Of a stretch of DNA of 64,000 nt, positions 41,601 through 49,386 are shown piece by piece; within the stretch, counting starts at the first letter, position 1; each line of letters starts with the position of its first letter. A model generated the notes under the pieces. That model saw only the letters and a list, made by a program, of their open reading frames with translations. It searched no databases and was not told the origin of the DNA. This DNA is from an uncultured Gammaproteobacteria bacterium (GTDB taxonomy: Bacteria; Patescibacteriota; Patescibacteriia; UBA9934): the NCBI GenBank assembly GCA_964613815.1, contig CAZTKG010000002.1, positions 23,737 to 87,736 on the forward strand, read 5' to 3'. Position numbers and translations under genes: made by a program.

Positions 41601-42620
41601 ACGTTGTATGTAGGGGATCCTATTCAGACGGGTGTGACTTCTACGGATGTTGAATGTGAAGCCTATCAAGATGCGACGGGGGATTATCATGAGACGTATG
41701 AAGAGGCTGCTGAGGCTATTGAAGCTGCGCTTGCGGTGGATGTGGATCATTTTTATGAGACTTGTCCGAATGTGGAGGATTTTGAGGATTTGTGTTGGAC
41801 GACTTCGCAGGATGTTGATGGAGGTTGTGGAGATGGAACGATTGGAACGTTTAAAAGGGGTTATGATCTTTATTGTACGGAAGAGGATTTGGAATCGGCG
41901 CTTGCAGGAACGTACGGCAGAACGAGTGAGATTGATGCGGTTTGTGATTCGTATGACGAATTGCTTAGATATGAATATGAGGATTACTGCTATTGTCCAT
42001 GTGAGCCTTTGGATATTGTCGGGTGTCGAGAGGACCAAATGTGCGCTATTGATCCGTGCGATGATCCATATGCTGAGGACACGTCGCATTGTGAATTGAC
42101 TTCTGAAGATACTGAAGAGGGCGCTTCAACGGTTGAATGGCGAGGAGTTTATGAGGATGGGGGTGTGTTTTCTGATTATGTTCATCGGATTGTTGGATTG
42201 TTGATGCCTTCTTGGATTCATTGGCCGTTTGATGATGTGTTGACGGCGTTTGCCTGGAGTTGTGATGAGGGTGCTGATGCGATTTCCGCTGGAGGATATA
42301 ATTTATTACTGGAATGTTGGTCTAGTGGAAATCCAAATGATGCTGGAGCTGATTATGCATTTGATGCAAACGATGAGGAAGAGATGGAAGAGGTGTTTTC
42401 TCATATTGTTGAATCTGTTACGGGGCTTACGCTTATGTATGTGATAGATGGAGAAGAGGTTGCAGGGACGATTCAGCAGGGGAACAATGTTGCTTTGCCG
42501 TGGATGGATGGGTTTGCTTGTAGTGATGAAGAGCAAGAGATCCCGTTTCGGATTTCGTTTGGAGGAGAGGGCACTATTGGAATTAGTGATGTGACGATTG
42601 GTTATTGTCCGTTAAATTAG
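32634..42620 (+). CDS. Giant (3328 aa) acidic surface protein: pilin-like N-terminus, Ig-like and IPT/TIG domains, Cys-rich CGDG repeats, a pseudopilin-like domain and vWA
   Basis: YAGFLWMTAGGNTEQITKAKKW; ISPEDGAVGTLVTINGENFG (IPT); many CGDG..E.CDDGN...DGC repeats; RDMKRLLDV...LPVDPLN...YQLAAELE; VVFVTDVSS...VGLVSY...TFEGLEAA...KVIVLI (vWA). Confidence 0.85.
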   Translation: MRFKEWLQFGFRWLPMVAVFGFLLCGEVAFAQDLDAVATESGLGQADLYATLARIVNVFLGFLGIILVCIVVYAGFLWMTAGGNTEQITKAKKWVINASVGLLIILSSWGITTFILNKLMGAAGYTSDGSGDDGGGGSGGGIPGGDVATFRVNDFSPEGEVSIRNIEVTITFNDKLDPDSIDGNVVVTDLDSGDTVDGTLEVSANKVTFTPLATCDEPNEDYNCFDEFTNYSVAVSTSVLDDDGTSLSCSIYPCTAEFTSGDVVDTDGPEVEFVYPESGERIEPYTSVFEQVYAEDDYALSGAEFAIDDETDVLEAVSVDDNASSAYIETYWDTTDYDTESYYRLYATVTDLAGNENTDSVRVYIDPAHCYNDVMDEDEEDVDCGGSCGACDGDECSEDGDCASGSCVDNVCVAEPMISSISPEDGAVGTLVTINGENFGSRTGTVYFEDGDGALLEAGTSAICGDSWDDDEIVIEVPEGAADGAITVVATNGYDDATNDDRGPVIDDFEVNSVERPGICRIYPDDGESGDEATVYGVNFTSEADMSVYFGTDEVRTFGDWDSDSVVVTVPSLEDGDYDVMVDVDGVESNTVEYVVEASVEDGPILSGLSPSNGGIGQYVTLQGSDFGSTQGLVWIVSQSTGNAAYASVAFPDECGVDFWSDDEVIVKIPSEYTNGQAIEYTTHDVYVDAAYLDEDSNALDFTITTSDPSPGLCALSPDEGDVAADSGLQVTLYGENFGSDVGSVRFYNEVEAAVDSWSEGEVVVTAPSSALTGPVTLYSADDDESNTVNFEVGEGDSDDEEEATEGGYAWYFSTGDIPDSPSVLVECTDTSVSGVPNSRFLSDEGACLNADVFVRFASSVYESTVQDGEGILVEECSDSSCDDVVATVPGSVTLAWGRALTWSVDGGYESGLFKADTSYQVTILSTVVSTDGVELGSDVSWKFSTGAADMDCAIEKIYVTPETADADSYGQDQEFLSSAGTFDCQVLSSDSFDWDWQIDESYASISAGGCDTMSGQECALATALAEGEADVLVTESDSGLSEGALYRIDFSDPAVSDWWPSCDEACTNADVGASFDTSINMDSSRGMTAEDAGAFMVYACDNELCSSYSDLFASSATCTDYADDGGCVELSANFLDRMDSATFYRATISGNLISTSGVAIIGTNYGDDFSWTFGVRDDASECSVDSIDLSPGDSKHTYIGSREVFSVNAYGPRDGCSTTGQKLVSSDYDWDWDDPIENDADVSEWVKVNSSLIDADADGPVEGCTSSCLPQGTSTYDAICGDGVIGVAEDCDDGNASDGDGCSSICLREGGDVVGTCGDGSLDRVAADGVYDQGGGEDCDDGGNSDGDGCSSACLNEGSSGTTQCGNDDIAYDWQIGGEECEDADGNASGGDGCSANCLNEGSVAITDVYGECGDGVLDTPYESCDDGNTSDGDGCGSTCVREGGDVVGICGDGNVDRIADDGTYAQGGGEDCDDDEGCSDDCLWLGSSYNYDDVSVCGDGVTGAGEYDMCESGVLGDLSVDSLQVAEISDLAPTQVDSATNISTSTVRVELDAYGLWDETEMILYCGAETGADCEDTTYGVGESGCCSARPTVSLYPSGSAVCTNTAFSATFSEKIDVDTLEDHVFVRLDISSASDGACPSSHDVYGDSASDGSVATGWDRFWAFLMPWTNAASDGDCLMEVTGFDQTAVSDTEYKVSITTASILEAEADYELVVVGDSDVLDGDKEGVLSALGVSIDGTASGTGEIAQAFTTGEGICLFDMAVAEDTDEDSPGYYRTQKESHGFLATAYSVDGGVQQEIQSMTGVYEWSWSDWTVDDEDVFEIASTDDEADVSALDEDGEANVVASAVITVDATDVDEVGRVVSGTEDVTAVLCNNIWPVIDDFPFVDDSTSAISGVSEGYGWMNFSTYYCRDAGSSDSRDDDLPELEVLVTPSVESETVMKEYFFQVQDGSGDAIGVRIASNEEYLTPLAWYEDRGFSGSPSELQVDGFEAIADGRTAYVAAPNVTDSGDVYANIYVIAYNEGAGDDTVAIYNLILENFSFLTNLDDVGLCYVSGEYTDTECESDLDCSFTAGEVCGDDVGKLTRDMKRLLDVVSVSEAIDTYGESYGFCSETTSQTCVIDDDCLGDETCEAGVPQLEAGTFVRSMSVSSWDSWSASLQGSLGVLPVDPLNAYTRCGEGDFADFDAATCVDLTNGRYTCPVGSHVYHYRAVGDDGYQLAAELEYDGADWVNPIDFDTSDDADLILGGNSSASPDGFNGGPAYCACADPTGVSCPIYGDSDICGDGIVGNDEACEIGQEGSVASCTTDDGEGGSIAQICNDDCDGFIDNDGASCEAYECGNGVIEAAEECDDGSYNGEYGYCGNDCSYSTAFYCGDGSLAGGEVCDCGASMASGRTYSGGTCGDVNGSYDYNPANTCAWDCSGPASYCGDGVVDAVEECDGDTESYAGALCDGGRNDGETCDTDDECIGTGATCGGAGWANVCEIARVCLDGDAHEIGYSCESDTDCGTNGLCSDYDLQLERIRSCNDDGAGGTDTCTWASEWRGLDCMAPGTCGDGTIDEGEECDDGNEDSTDGCTIECTVNVCGDRYIYADEEYCDDGSGNGEVCSAQYESTCNYCSDSCNVITNSGLFCGDGEINGDEFCDGGDLPYYFVFEPALFYTQDGLDEIGIDADVNAVYIGEGEDGSYLTCDASDVGSVSTEAGSSHSSYLCTQVGTCNGGDDNGEYCTANSSCNCVFPTCLDSCNASCPFNTQSTTILMSTAGEESGESSVNLLSFDSDEASVFADYSGIMHVPACGVAESLSADVSFAGWDSTEAYVVFVTDVSSTGLADASHGASGGMWSQFARKLTGLFTPFAHASSTTLKEGLKNGIQELFDVMGSQLHVGLVSYVGGNNGGTASNDQIVIGQHSFAGEDGVNSLISRIDSWSGDDVGVPTFEGLEAAYEMFDGIDGDARKVIVLIGRSEPTTESNPEYYACKAKAEGIELYTLYVGDPIQTGVTSTDVECEAYQDATGDYHETYEEAAEAIEAALAVDVDHFYETCPNVEDFEDLCWTTSQDVDGGCGDGTIGTFKRGYDLYCTEEDLESALAGTYGRTSEIDAVCDSYDELLRYEYEDYCYCPCEPLDIVGCREDQMCAIDPCDDPYAEDTSHCELTSEDTEEGASTVEWRGVYEDGGVFSDYVHRIVGLLMPSWIHWPFDDVLTAFAWSCDEGADAISAGGYNLLLECWSSGNPNDAGADYAFDANDEEEMEEVFSHIVESVTGLTLMYVIDGEEVAGTIQQGNNVALPWMDGFACSDEEQEIPFRISFGGEGTIGISDVTIGYCPLN

Positions 42621-42624
42621 TGTT

Positions 42625-43506
42625 ATGCCGGAATTTTCTCAGGAGGATTTTTATGACGTGGATACCTCTTCCGAAGAGGTGTCCGAGGTCGGTGGTCGAC
42701 GGAATGTCTTGCTTATTGGAGGAGGGGTGTTGGGTGTAGTTGTTCTTTTATTTGGGGTGTTTTTGACGCGGTCTTTTTTGGAGCAGCGAGGTGCGTCAGA
42801 TTTGATGCATGTACTTGAGAATGCTGAGGATGCGATTGATCAGGTTTCAAACGGATGTGTTGATGATGCATGTGAGCAGTCTGCGCGCGTTGAGGTTGCT
42901 CGAGCGTATGCTGAGGCGGCGGTTTGCGAGGGGCTCAATGAGTCGTTTTTTGTGAGTTGTGTAAGTTTGGTTGCATATGATTTGATGGATGAAAAGATTT
43001 GTAAGGCTCTGGATGGGGATGATCGAAGGGCTTGTGAGGATGCCGTTTTGTTGATTTTGGCTTTGGATGAAGTAGATTTGAACGTTTGTGATGATATTTT
43101 TGATGAAGAGATCCGTGAATCGTGTGAAAGTCAGGTTATTGGTACGGCTGCCATTGATGGTCAGTGTGAAGCGCTTGGTATTCGTGATGAACGCTGTTTA
43201 ACGGAGGAGCGCGTTCGAGATGTGATTTCTCGGAATGATGTTGCGGGTTGTTATGGATTTGGGACGGAAGACGAAGTGTATTGTTTGTTGATGCTTGATT
43301 TGGCTGATGATGATGGGGATGGCTTGTCTGTTGTTGATGAATATCATCTTGGAACAAGTGATTTGATGGCAGATACTGATGAAGATGGATTGACGGATTT
43401 TGAAGAAGAGGTGATGCATGGGACGGATCCTCTTGATCCAGATATGGATGGAGATGGATTTTTGGATGGGGATGAGGTTCGTGGGGGTTATGATGTCCTT
43501 TCGTAA
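42625..43506 (+). CDS. Membrane-anchored protein with Cys-rich helical repeats and DxDxDG Ca-binding repeats
   Basis: One TM segment; periodic C..I/L....R..C repeats; DDDGDGL, DTDEDGL, DMDGDGF. Confidence 0.8.
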   Translation: MPEFSQEDFYDVDTSSEEVSEVGGRRNVLLIGGGVLGVVVLLFGVFLTRSFLEQRGASDLMHVLENAEDAIDQVSNGCVDDACEQSARVEVARAYAEAAVCEGLNESFFVSCVSLVAYDLMDEKICKALDGDDRRACEDAVLLILALDEVDLNVCDDIFDEEIRESCESQVIGTAAIDGQCEALGIRDERCLTEERVRDVISRNDVAGCYGFGTEDEVYCLLMLDLADDDGDGLSVVDEYHLGTSDLMADTDEDGLTDFEEEVMHGTDPLDPDMDGDGFLDGDEVRGGYDVLS

Positions 43507-43541
43507 AATGGTATTCTTAAGGTGAGAATTTATATTGCACT

Positions 43542-44294
43542 ATGTTTGATGATGATAAACCAAAGAAGGCTACTCAGGCCGCGGAGCCAGAAGATATTTT
43601 TGCGGATGTTGATCCAACTGAAGGGAAGGCTGCTCCATCGCCTAAGGCGCCTTCACCTGTCGTTGTTCCTGCTTCAGATTCGGTTCCATCGCCGGCACCT
43701 GCTCTTGCTGAAAAGGGAGGCGATTCTCAGATTCCAGCTAATCTTCCGGGCGTTGGTTCTGGAGTTCCTGTTTCAAAGCCGGTTTCGGCATCAGCTCCAT
43801 CGCCTGCCCCAGTCAAAACGTTACCTGGTTCTCCAGTGAAGAAGTCGTCTGGAGGTAAGAAGGTTTTTAAAGTTATTGGTATTGTTATTGTTGCTATTTT
43901 GATTATTATTTTTGCAGCAATTTTGGCTTTTTCTTTGATGGTTCAGCCTACAGAGATAGATATTCTTGATGATATTGAGGTGGTCGATGAGGATTTAGAT
44001 ATGGATGATGAAGGTTTTGAACTAGTGGATGATGAGGGGGCGGAATCGGATTTGCAAGAGGTGGATTCTGACGGGGATGGTCTTACGGATGGTGAAGAAA
44101 TGGAGGCTGGTACAGATCCAAATATGGCAGATACGGATCAGGATGGACTTGGGGATCGAGAAGAGGTGCAGGTTTATGACACTGATCCGCTTGATACGGA
44201 TACGGATAATGATACGTATTCCGATGGAGATGAGGTTGATTCCGGGTATAATCCAAATGGTGAAGGGAAGTTGTTTGAACTTCCTTCTAATTAA
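43542..44294 (+). CDS. Membrane-anchored protein with a Pro-rich N-terminus and DxDxDG repeats
   Basis: EPEDIFA motif, Pro/Ser/Ala-rich linker, one TM segment, DSDGDGLTDGEE, DTDQDGLGDREE, DTDNDTYSDGDEV..GYNP. Confidence 0.8.
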   Translation: MFDDDKPKKATQAAEPEDIFADVDPTEGKAAPSPKAPSPVVVPASDSVPSPAPALAEKGGDSQIPANLPGVGSGVPVSKPVSASAPSPAPVKTLPGSPVKKSSGGKKVFKVIGIVIVAILIIIFAAILAFSLMVQPTEIDILDDIEVVDEDLDMDDEGFELVDDEGAESDLQEVDSDGDGLTDGEEMEAGTDPNMADTDQDGLGDREEVQVYDTDPLDTDTDNDTYSDGDEVDSGYNPNGEGKLFELPSN

Positions 44295-44299
44295 GGATC

Positions 44300-45334
44300 A
44301 TGAGAAAAAAGGAGAAAAAGGCTGCTTCTTCTGGTGTTTCTAACAAAGATTTGTTGGCTAATTTTGATATTCATGTCATGCCAAAGGATTTTGTTGGGAA
44401 GAAGGTTAAAGCGATTGCAAAGAGCGTGGAGCCTGTGAAGAAGGTTCCTGTGAAAAAACAGGGTGTTGCGAAGATACCTCCAAAGGTCTCGAAGGCTCCG
44501 GGTGTTTCTGGAGGCAAGAAGAGAGTGAGGGTTTGGGTGTTTGTTGGGCTGGGGGTCGCTGTTTTAGTGGTCGGGTTTGGTCTTTTCGGGTTTTTGATGA
44601 TGGACGATGACGCGCCGGTGATGGTTGTTGAGGCTCCAGAAGAAGTTGATATTGATGGAGATGGTGTTTTGAATGCAGATGATAATTGTTTGTATGATGC
44701 GAATGCGAGTCAAAGTGATCGTGATCATGATGGCTTGGGGGATGTTTGCGATGACGTTGATGATTCTTTGCCGACGGAACCGACTCCTGGCGTAGATTCT
44801 GATAGTGATGGATTGACGGATGTTGAGGAGGGGGTTTACGGTACAGATGCGCGGGATTCTGATAGTGACGGGGATTCGTTTTTGGATGGGAATGAGGTTT
44901 TTCATGGATATGATCCCGCCAGTGATGCGCCAAGCACGCTTGTTGGGGTTGAAGTAACTAAGGTTTTTTCTGCTGACGATCATGGTTTCACTGTTGAGCA
45001 TTTGATGGCGTGGCGTGTGGATGATGGTGATGAGGGAGAGAGTGATGATCGTGTATATACCTTTCGAGCAACGACTGGGGGGGAGTTTACTGTTCGTGTT
45101 TTGACAAATGTTGACGGGATGAGTTTAGCTGAATATGTTCAAAGTGATGGACTAAGTTCATTTACTTCACTTTTGGGCACAGAGGGATACATTGATCAAA
45201 ATGAGCGGTTTGTTGTTTTTGCAGGGCCAGGGAAATTTGTGGAGCTTCGATATGATGCAGAGGATTTTGATACGATTGAATATCTGCAAACATTTAAATT
45301 ATTTGTGAATAGTGTTGTTATCGATCCTGTGTGA
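44300..45334 (+). CDS. Membrane-anchored protein with thrombospondin type 3-like repeats and a small C-terminal alpha/beta domain
   Basis: IHVMP motif, one TM segment, DIDGDGVLNADDNC...NASQSDRDHDGLGDVCD, DSDSDGLTD, DSDGDSFLDGNEV. Confidence 0.8.
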   Translation: MRKKEKKAASSGVSNKDLLANFDIHVMPKDFVGKKVKAIAKSVEPVKKVPVKKQGVAKIPPKVSKAPGVSGGKKRVRVWVFVGLGVAVLVVGFGLFGFLMMDDDAPVMVVEAPEEVDIDGDGVLNADDNCLYDANASQSDRDHDGLGDVCDDVDDSLPTEPTPGVDSDSDGLTDVEEGVYGTDARDSDSDGDSFLDGNEVFHGYDPASDAPSTLVGVEVTKVFSADDHGFTVEHLMAWRVDDGDEGESDDRVYTFRATTGGEFTVRVLTNVDGMSLAEYVQSDGLSSFTSLLGTEGYIDQNERFVVFAGPGKFVELRYDAEDFDTIEYLQTFKLFVNSVVIDPV

Positions 45335-45768
45335 TCACGTTAGCTTTTGAACAAGATTTGGTTCCGGAGGGTGAGCGTCTTTCGGAGGCGTTTGTTGATG
45401 TTGTGGCTTCTGAGCTTGGAAAGGTGGACACGGCGTGTCCTGACGGTGTTATTAATGTGAAATTTATTTTGGAGGACGAGATGCGTAGATTGAACGCGGA
45501 TTATCGAGAGAAGAATTCTGTGACAGATGTGCTTTCGTTTGCGTATTGGTCCGATGGGTTAGGTGATGGTGAGGATCTTGGTGATGTTGTTATTTGTTAC
45601 GATCAGGCTGTGCGTCAGGCGGGAGGTTGTGTTCGGCGGGAGATTTTAATGCTTGTTGTTCATGGGATCTTGCATGTGTTCGGGCATGATCATGAGGTTG
45701 AGGAGGAGGCTGAGGTCATGTTTGGGATTCAGGACTCTCTTGTAGAAAAATTGTATGCAATCAATTAG
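45331..45768 (+). CDS. ybeY: rRNA maturation RNase YbeY
   Basis: LNADYR.K...TDVLSF, LGDVVIC, HGILHVFGHDH. Confidence 0.95.
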   Translation: MITLAFEQDLVPEGERLSEAFVDVVASELGKVDTACPDGVINVKFILEDEMRRLNADYREKNSVTDVLSFAYWSDGLGDGEDLGDVVICYDQAVRQAGGCVRREILMLVVHGILHVFGHDHEVEEEAEVMFGIQDSLVEKLYAIN

Positions 45769-46117
45769 ACGTTTTTTTCGGAGTTTTGTTTATGCGTTTC
45801 GCGGGCTTCGAAATGTGGCGAGATATGAGAGAAGTTTTCGGTTGCAGCTTGTTGCTGGTGCTGTTGTGATTTTGTCTGCGATGTTTTTAGATTTTGGGAT
45901 GTGGGAACGGATGTTGTTGATTTTAATGGTCTCGGGCGTGCTCGTGCTTGAGGTGATTAATAGTATCTTTGAACGTATTAGTGATGCGTTTAAGCCTCGT
46001 CTTAGTCCTGTTGTGAAGGAGGTGAAAGATATGATGGCTGGGGCAGTGTTGATTTCTTCGATCACGGCTACGGTCATCGGAGTGATGATTTTTTGGGCAT
46101 ATTTTGAACGGCTTTAA
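45755..46117 (+). CDS. dgkA: Prokaryotic diacylglycerol/undecaprenol kinase
   Basis: SFVYAFRGL, E..NSIFE...D, VKDMMAGAVL; follows ybeY. Confidence 0.92.
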   Translation: MQSIRRFFRSFVYAFRGLRNVARYERSFRLQLVAGAVVILSAMFLDFGMWERMLLILMVSGVLVLEVINSIFERISDAFKPRLSPVVKEVKDMMAGAVLISSITATVIGVMIFWAYFERL

Positions 46118-46161
46118 TAAATGGGGGCTTTTGATGTATACTTTATTTATCCATCATCTGT

Positions 46162-47415
46162 ATGGCAGACGAGATAATCACAGGTTTAGACATAGGTTCG
46201 TCGAATATTTGTGTTGTTGTGGGTCAACCGGTTCCTGGTGAGGACGGTCGACCTTCTCTTCATATTACGGGCGCGATTAGTGTGCCGTCCGTTGGTATTC
46301 ATAAAGGCAGCATTTCCAGCATGGAAGATGCGGTTTCTTCGATTTCGAAGGCGCTTGAAAGTGCTGAACGCATGACGGGGACACCAGTGAATCGTTCTTG
46401 GGTATCGATTGCCGGGCATCACATTTTGGTTCAGGAAAGCAAAGGAGTCATTGGTGTTTCTCGTTCAGATGGAGAGATTCGAGAGGAGGATGTTGAACGG
46501 GCCATTGAAGCGGCTCGGACGGTGGCGACGCCTTCAAATTATGAAATATTACATGTTATTCCAAAAAGTTTTACGGTTGATGGGCAGCAGGGAGTGAAGG
46601 ATCCCGTGGGAATGAACGGGATTCGTCTTGAGGTTGATGCGGTGATTATTCAAACGCTCAGTAGCCACATTAAGAATGTGACGAAAAGTGTGTACAGAAC
46701 CGGGCTTGATATTGAGGATTTGGTTTTTTCCCCACTTGCTGTTGCGGAAGCTTATTTGACGACTCGGCAGCGAGAGCTTGGCGTCTGTTTGGTTGATATT
46801 GGGGCAAGTACGACGACGATCGCGGTGTTTGAGGAGGGGGATATGCTTCATACAGCTGTTTTACCGATTGGAGGTGATCACATTACGAATGACGTTGCGA
46901 TCGGGTTAAGAACGTCTCTTGACGTGGCTGAGAATGTAAAAATTGCAAAGGGGCATAGCGTTCCAGATGAGGTTGATAAAAAAGAGGTGTTTTCGATAAA
47001 GGATTTTGGATCTTCTGAGGATGAAGAGGTGAAAGCAAGATTTGTTGCTGAAGTGATTGAAGCACGAGTTGAAGAGCTTTTTGAGGCGATTGATGATCAG
47101 CTTCGCAGGATTGATCGAAGTGGGATGTTACCAGTAGGCATTGTTTTGACTGGCGGTAGCACAAAGCTTGAAGGTCTTGTGGATGTAGCAAAACGTGTAT
47201 TGCGGTTACCGGCATCTATTGGCGTTCCAGTTGGGATTAGTAGTGTCATTGACGAAGTTCAAGATCCTTCGTTTGCAACTGCGGTTGGTCTTTCTGCGTG
47301 GGGTTTTACCATTCATCAATCGGCGGGTGGCAAAGGGAGGTTTAATTTTTCTGTAAAAGGTTTTGATGACGCTACTGGTAAGTTAAAGAAATGGTTTAAA
47401 ACATTGATACCTTAG
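46162..47415 (+). CDS. ftsA: Cell division protein FtsA
   Basis: GLDIGSS, DPVGMNGIRLE, VDIGASTT, GGDHITND, VLTGG. Confidence 0.97.
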   Translation: MADEIITGLDIGSSNICVVVGQPVPGEDGRPSLHITGAISVPSVGIHKGSISSMEDAVSSISKALESAERMTGTPVNRSWVSIAGHHILVQESKGVIGVSRSDGEIREEDVERAIEAARTVATPSNYEILHVIPKSFTVDGQQGVKDPVGMNGIRLEVDAVIIQTLSSHIKNVTKSVYRTGLDIEDLVFSPLAVAEAYLTTRQRELGVCLVDIGASTTTIAVFEEGDMLHTAVLPIGGDHITNDVAIGLRTSLDVAENVKIAKGHSVPDEVDKKEVFSIKDFGSSEDEEVKARFVAEVIEARVEELFEAIDDQLRRIDRSGMLPVGIVLTGGSTKLEGLVDVAKRVLRLPASIGVPVGISSVIDEVQDPSFATAVGLSAWGFTIHQSAGGKGRFNFSVKGFDDATGKLKKWFKTLIP

Positions 47416-47591
47416 CAAATAAATCAAGATGCTTTTTTGGTGTCTTTTTTTGTTGCTTTTTTTGTAACTATTTTATTTGACAGGGGGTACAGCTATGATA
47501 CCTTGTGAGTACTTAAATTATTTCTTGACTTCATCCTTGAATACATAAATGATTCATTAGAATCAGTTTGTAATATTTATTGTGAACACCT

Positions 47592-48860
47592 ATGGCAGAG
47601 ATCAAGCCTGAAATTGAAACGTTTGCGAAAATCAAGGTTCTTGGTGTTGGTGGTGGTGGTGGATCGGCTTTGAATCGAATGATCGAAGAGCGATTACAGG
47701 GTGTTGACTTTGTTGCTATAAATACAGATGTTCAGGCGCTTCATACGAACAAGGCGAAGCATAAAGTTTCGATTGGAAATACGGTTACGCGCGGGCTTGG
47801 GGCGGGGATGAATCCAGAGATGGGGCGGCGCGCGGCGGAAGAAAATGCGAATGAGATTCGCAATATGGTTTCCGGTTCTGATATGGTTTTTTTGACTTCT
47901 GGACTTGGTGGAGGAACTGGGAGTGGAGCACTTCCAGAAATTGCAAAGGTTGCTCGTGAGGCAGGAGCTTTGACGGTTGCTGTTGTTACGAAGCCCTTTA
48001 GTTTTGAGGGAGCTCAACGAAGACGGATCGCGGATGATGCATATGCAGAATTAGCTGAACATGTTGATACGGTTATTACTATTCCGAATGATCGCGTGCT
48101 TCAAATTATTGATAAAAAGACGTCTCTTGTGGAGGCGTTTCAGATTGTTGACGATGTGCTTCGACAGGGGGTGCAGGGGATTTCAGATATTATTACGTTA
48201 CCTGGCTTGATTAACGTTGACTTTGCTGATGTGAAGGCAATTATGGAAAATGCAGGGTCGGCATTGATGGGAATTGGTTCAAGTAGCGGTGAGAGTCGTG
48301 CCGTGGAGGCTGCTAAGATGGCGATTGCGAGTCCGCTTTTGGAGCTTTCCATTGATGGAGCTAAGGGAATTTTGTTCACGGTTACTGGTTCGCCAGATCT
48401 TGCTATGTACGAGGTCGCTGAAGCTGCGAAGGTGATTACAGGATCTGCGGACGATGATGCGAAAGTTATTTTTGGTGCTCACATTGATGAATCGCTTGAT
48501 GATGAAGTTCGCATTACCGTTGTTGCGACTGGATTTGATGCACGCGAGCGTCGTTCCACAGCGAGTCTTGCTGGAGATGTGGAGGTCACGCCGCATGGAA
48601 GTTGGCGTCCGAGTGCGATGCAGCACGATGAGATGCCTATGAAAAAAATTGATTCGCCGTTTGGTCAGCGAAGGGTTTCTGCATCGAAGGATCCAGAGCC
48701 AATGTCGAAGCCTGTGGTACAGCCTATTGTGAAGCCTGTTGTGGAGGCTCCGAAGCCAGCTGTAAAGCCAGCCGCTGCGTCTTTAAAGGTTGAGCCTGGA
48801 GATACGATTGAGGAAGATGAGCTCGGAATTCCGGCATTTATTCGAAGAAAGATGATGTAA
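47592..48860 (+). CDS. ftsZ: Cell division protein FtsZ
   Basis: IKVLGVGGGG, GLGAG, GLGGGTGSG tubulin signature, INVDFADV, C-terminal IPAFIRRK. Confidence 0.98.
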   Translation: MAEIKPEIETFAKIKVLGVGGGGGSALNRMIEERLQGVDFVAINTDVQALHTNKAKHKVSIGNTVTRGLGAGMNPEMGRRAAEENANEIRNMVSGSDMVFLTSGLGGGTGSGALPEIAKVAREAGALTVAVVTKPFSFEGAQRRRIADDAYAELAEHVDTVITIPNDRVLQIIDKKTSLVEAFQIVDDVLRQGVQGISDIITLPGLINVDFADVKAIMENAGSALMGIGSSSGESRAVEAAKMAIASPLLELSIDGAKGILFTVTGSPDLAMYEVAEAAKVITGSADDDAKVIFGAHIDESLDDEVRITVVATGFDARERRSTASLAGDVEVTPHGSWRPSAMQHDEMPMKKIDSPFGQRRVSASKDPEPMSKPVVQPIVKPVVEAPKPAVKPAAASLKVEPGDTIEEDELGIPAFIRRKMM

Positions 48861-48915
48861 GTAGAGAGCGCGGCAATGATTTTGCTGCGTTTTTTGATGG
48901 TATACTTATTTTGAT

Positions 48916-49386
48916 ATGCATTGTCCAGTTTGTAACAATAAATCTACGCGCGTTGTTGATAGTCGGATTGGAGCTAATGCGATGAGTGTTCGTCGGCGGC
49001 GTGAGTGTGAAAAGGTGCGATGCGGTTATCGGTTTTCGACTGTTGAGGAGGCAGAGCTTTTGGATGTTTCGATTGTGAAGCGTGATGGGCGGCGAGAGCC
49101 TTATTTGCAAGAGAAGTTGATCGGAGGCATGAGTCAGTCACTTCAGAAGCGACCTTGTACGGATGTGCAGATGAAGAATTTGGTGCGTAAAATTGAGAAA
49201 GATATTCAGAAGCGGCGAAGTGGTGAAATTACGACGGTGGATTTAGGGGAAATTGTGATGAAGCATTTGCGAAAATTTGATAAAGTTGCGTATATTCGGT
49301 TCGCTTCTATTTATTATTCGTTTGAGGACTTGGAGCGGTTTGAGAAGGAGCTTCGGAAGGTGGGTCGAAGGAGAGTGAAGAGTTGA
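48916..49386 (+). CDS. nrdR: Transcriptional repressor NrdR
   Basis: MHCPVC...VVDSR...RRRREC...C..RFST.E; ATP cone; DKVAYIRFAS. Confidence 0.96.
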   Translation: MHCPVCNNKSTRVVDSRIGANAMSVRRRRECEKVRCGYRFSTVEEAELLDVSIVKRDGRREPYLQEKLIGGMSQSLQKRPCTDVQMKNLVRKIEKDIQKRRSGEITTVDLGEIVMKHLRKFDKVAYIRFASIYYSFEDLERFEKELRKVGRRRVKS

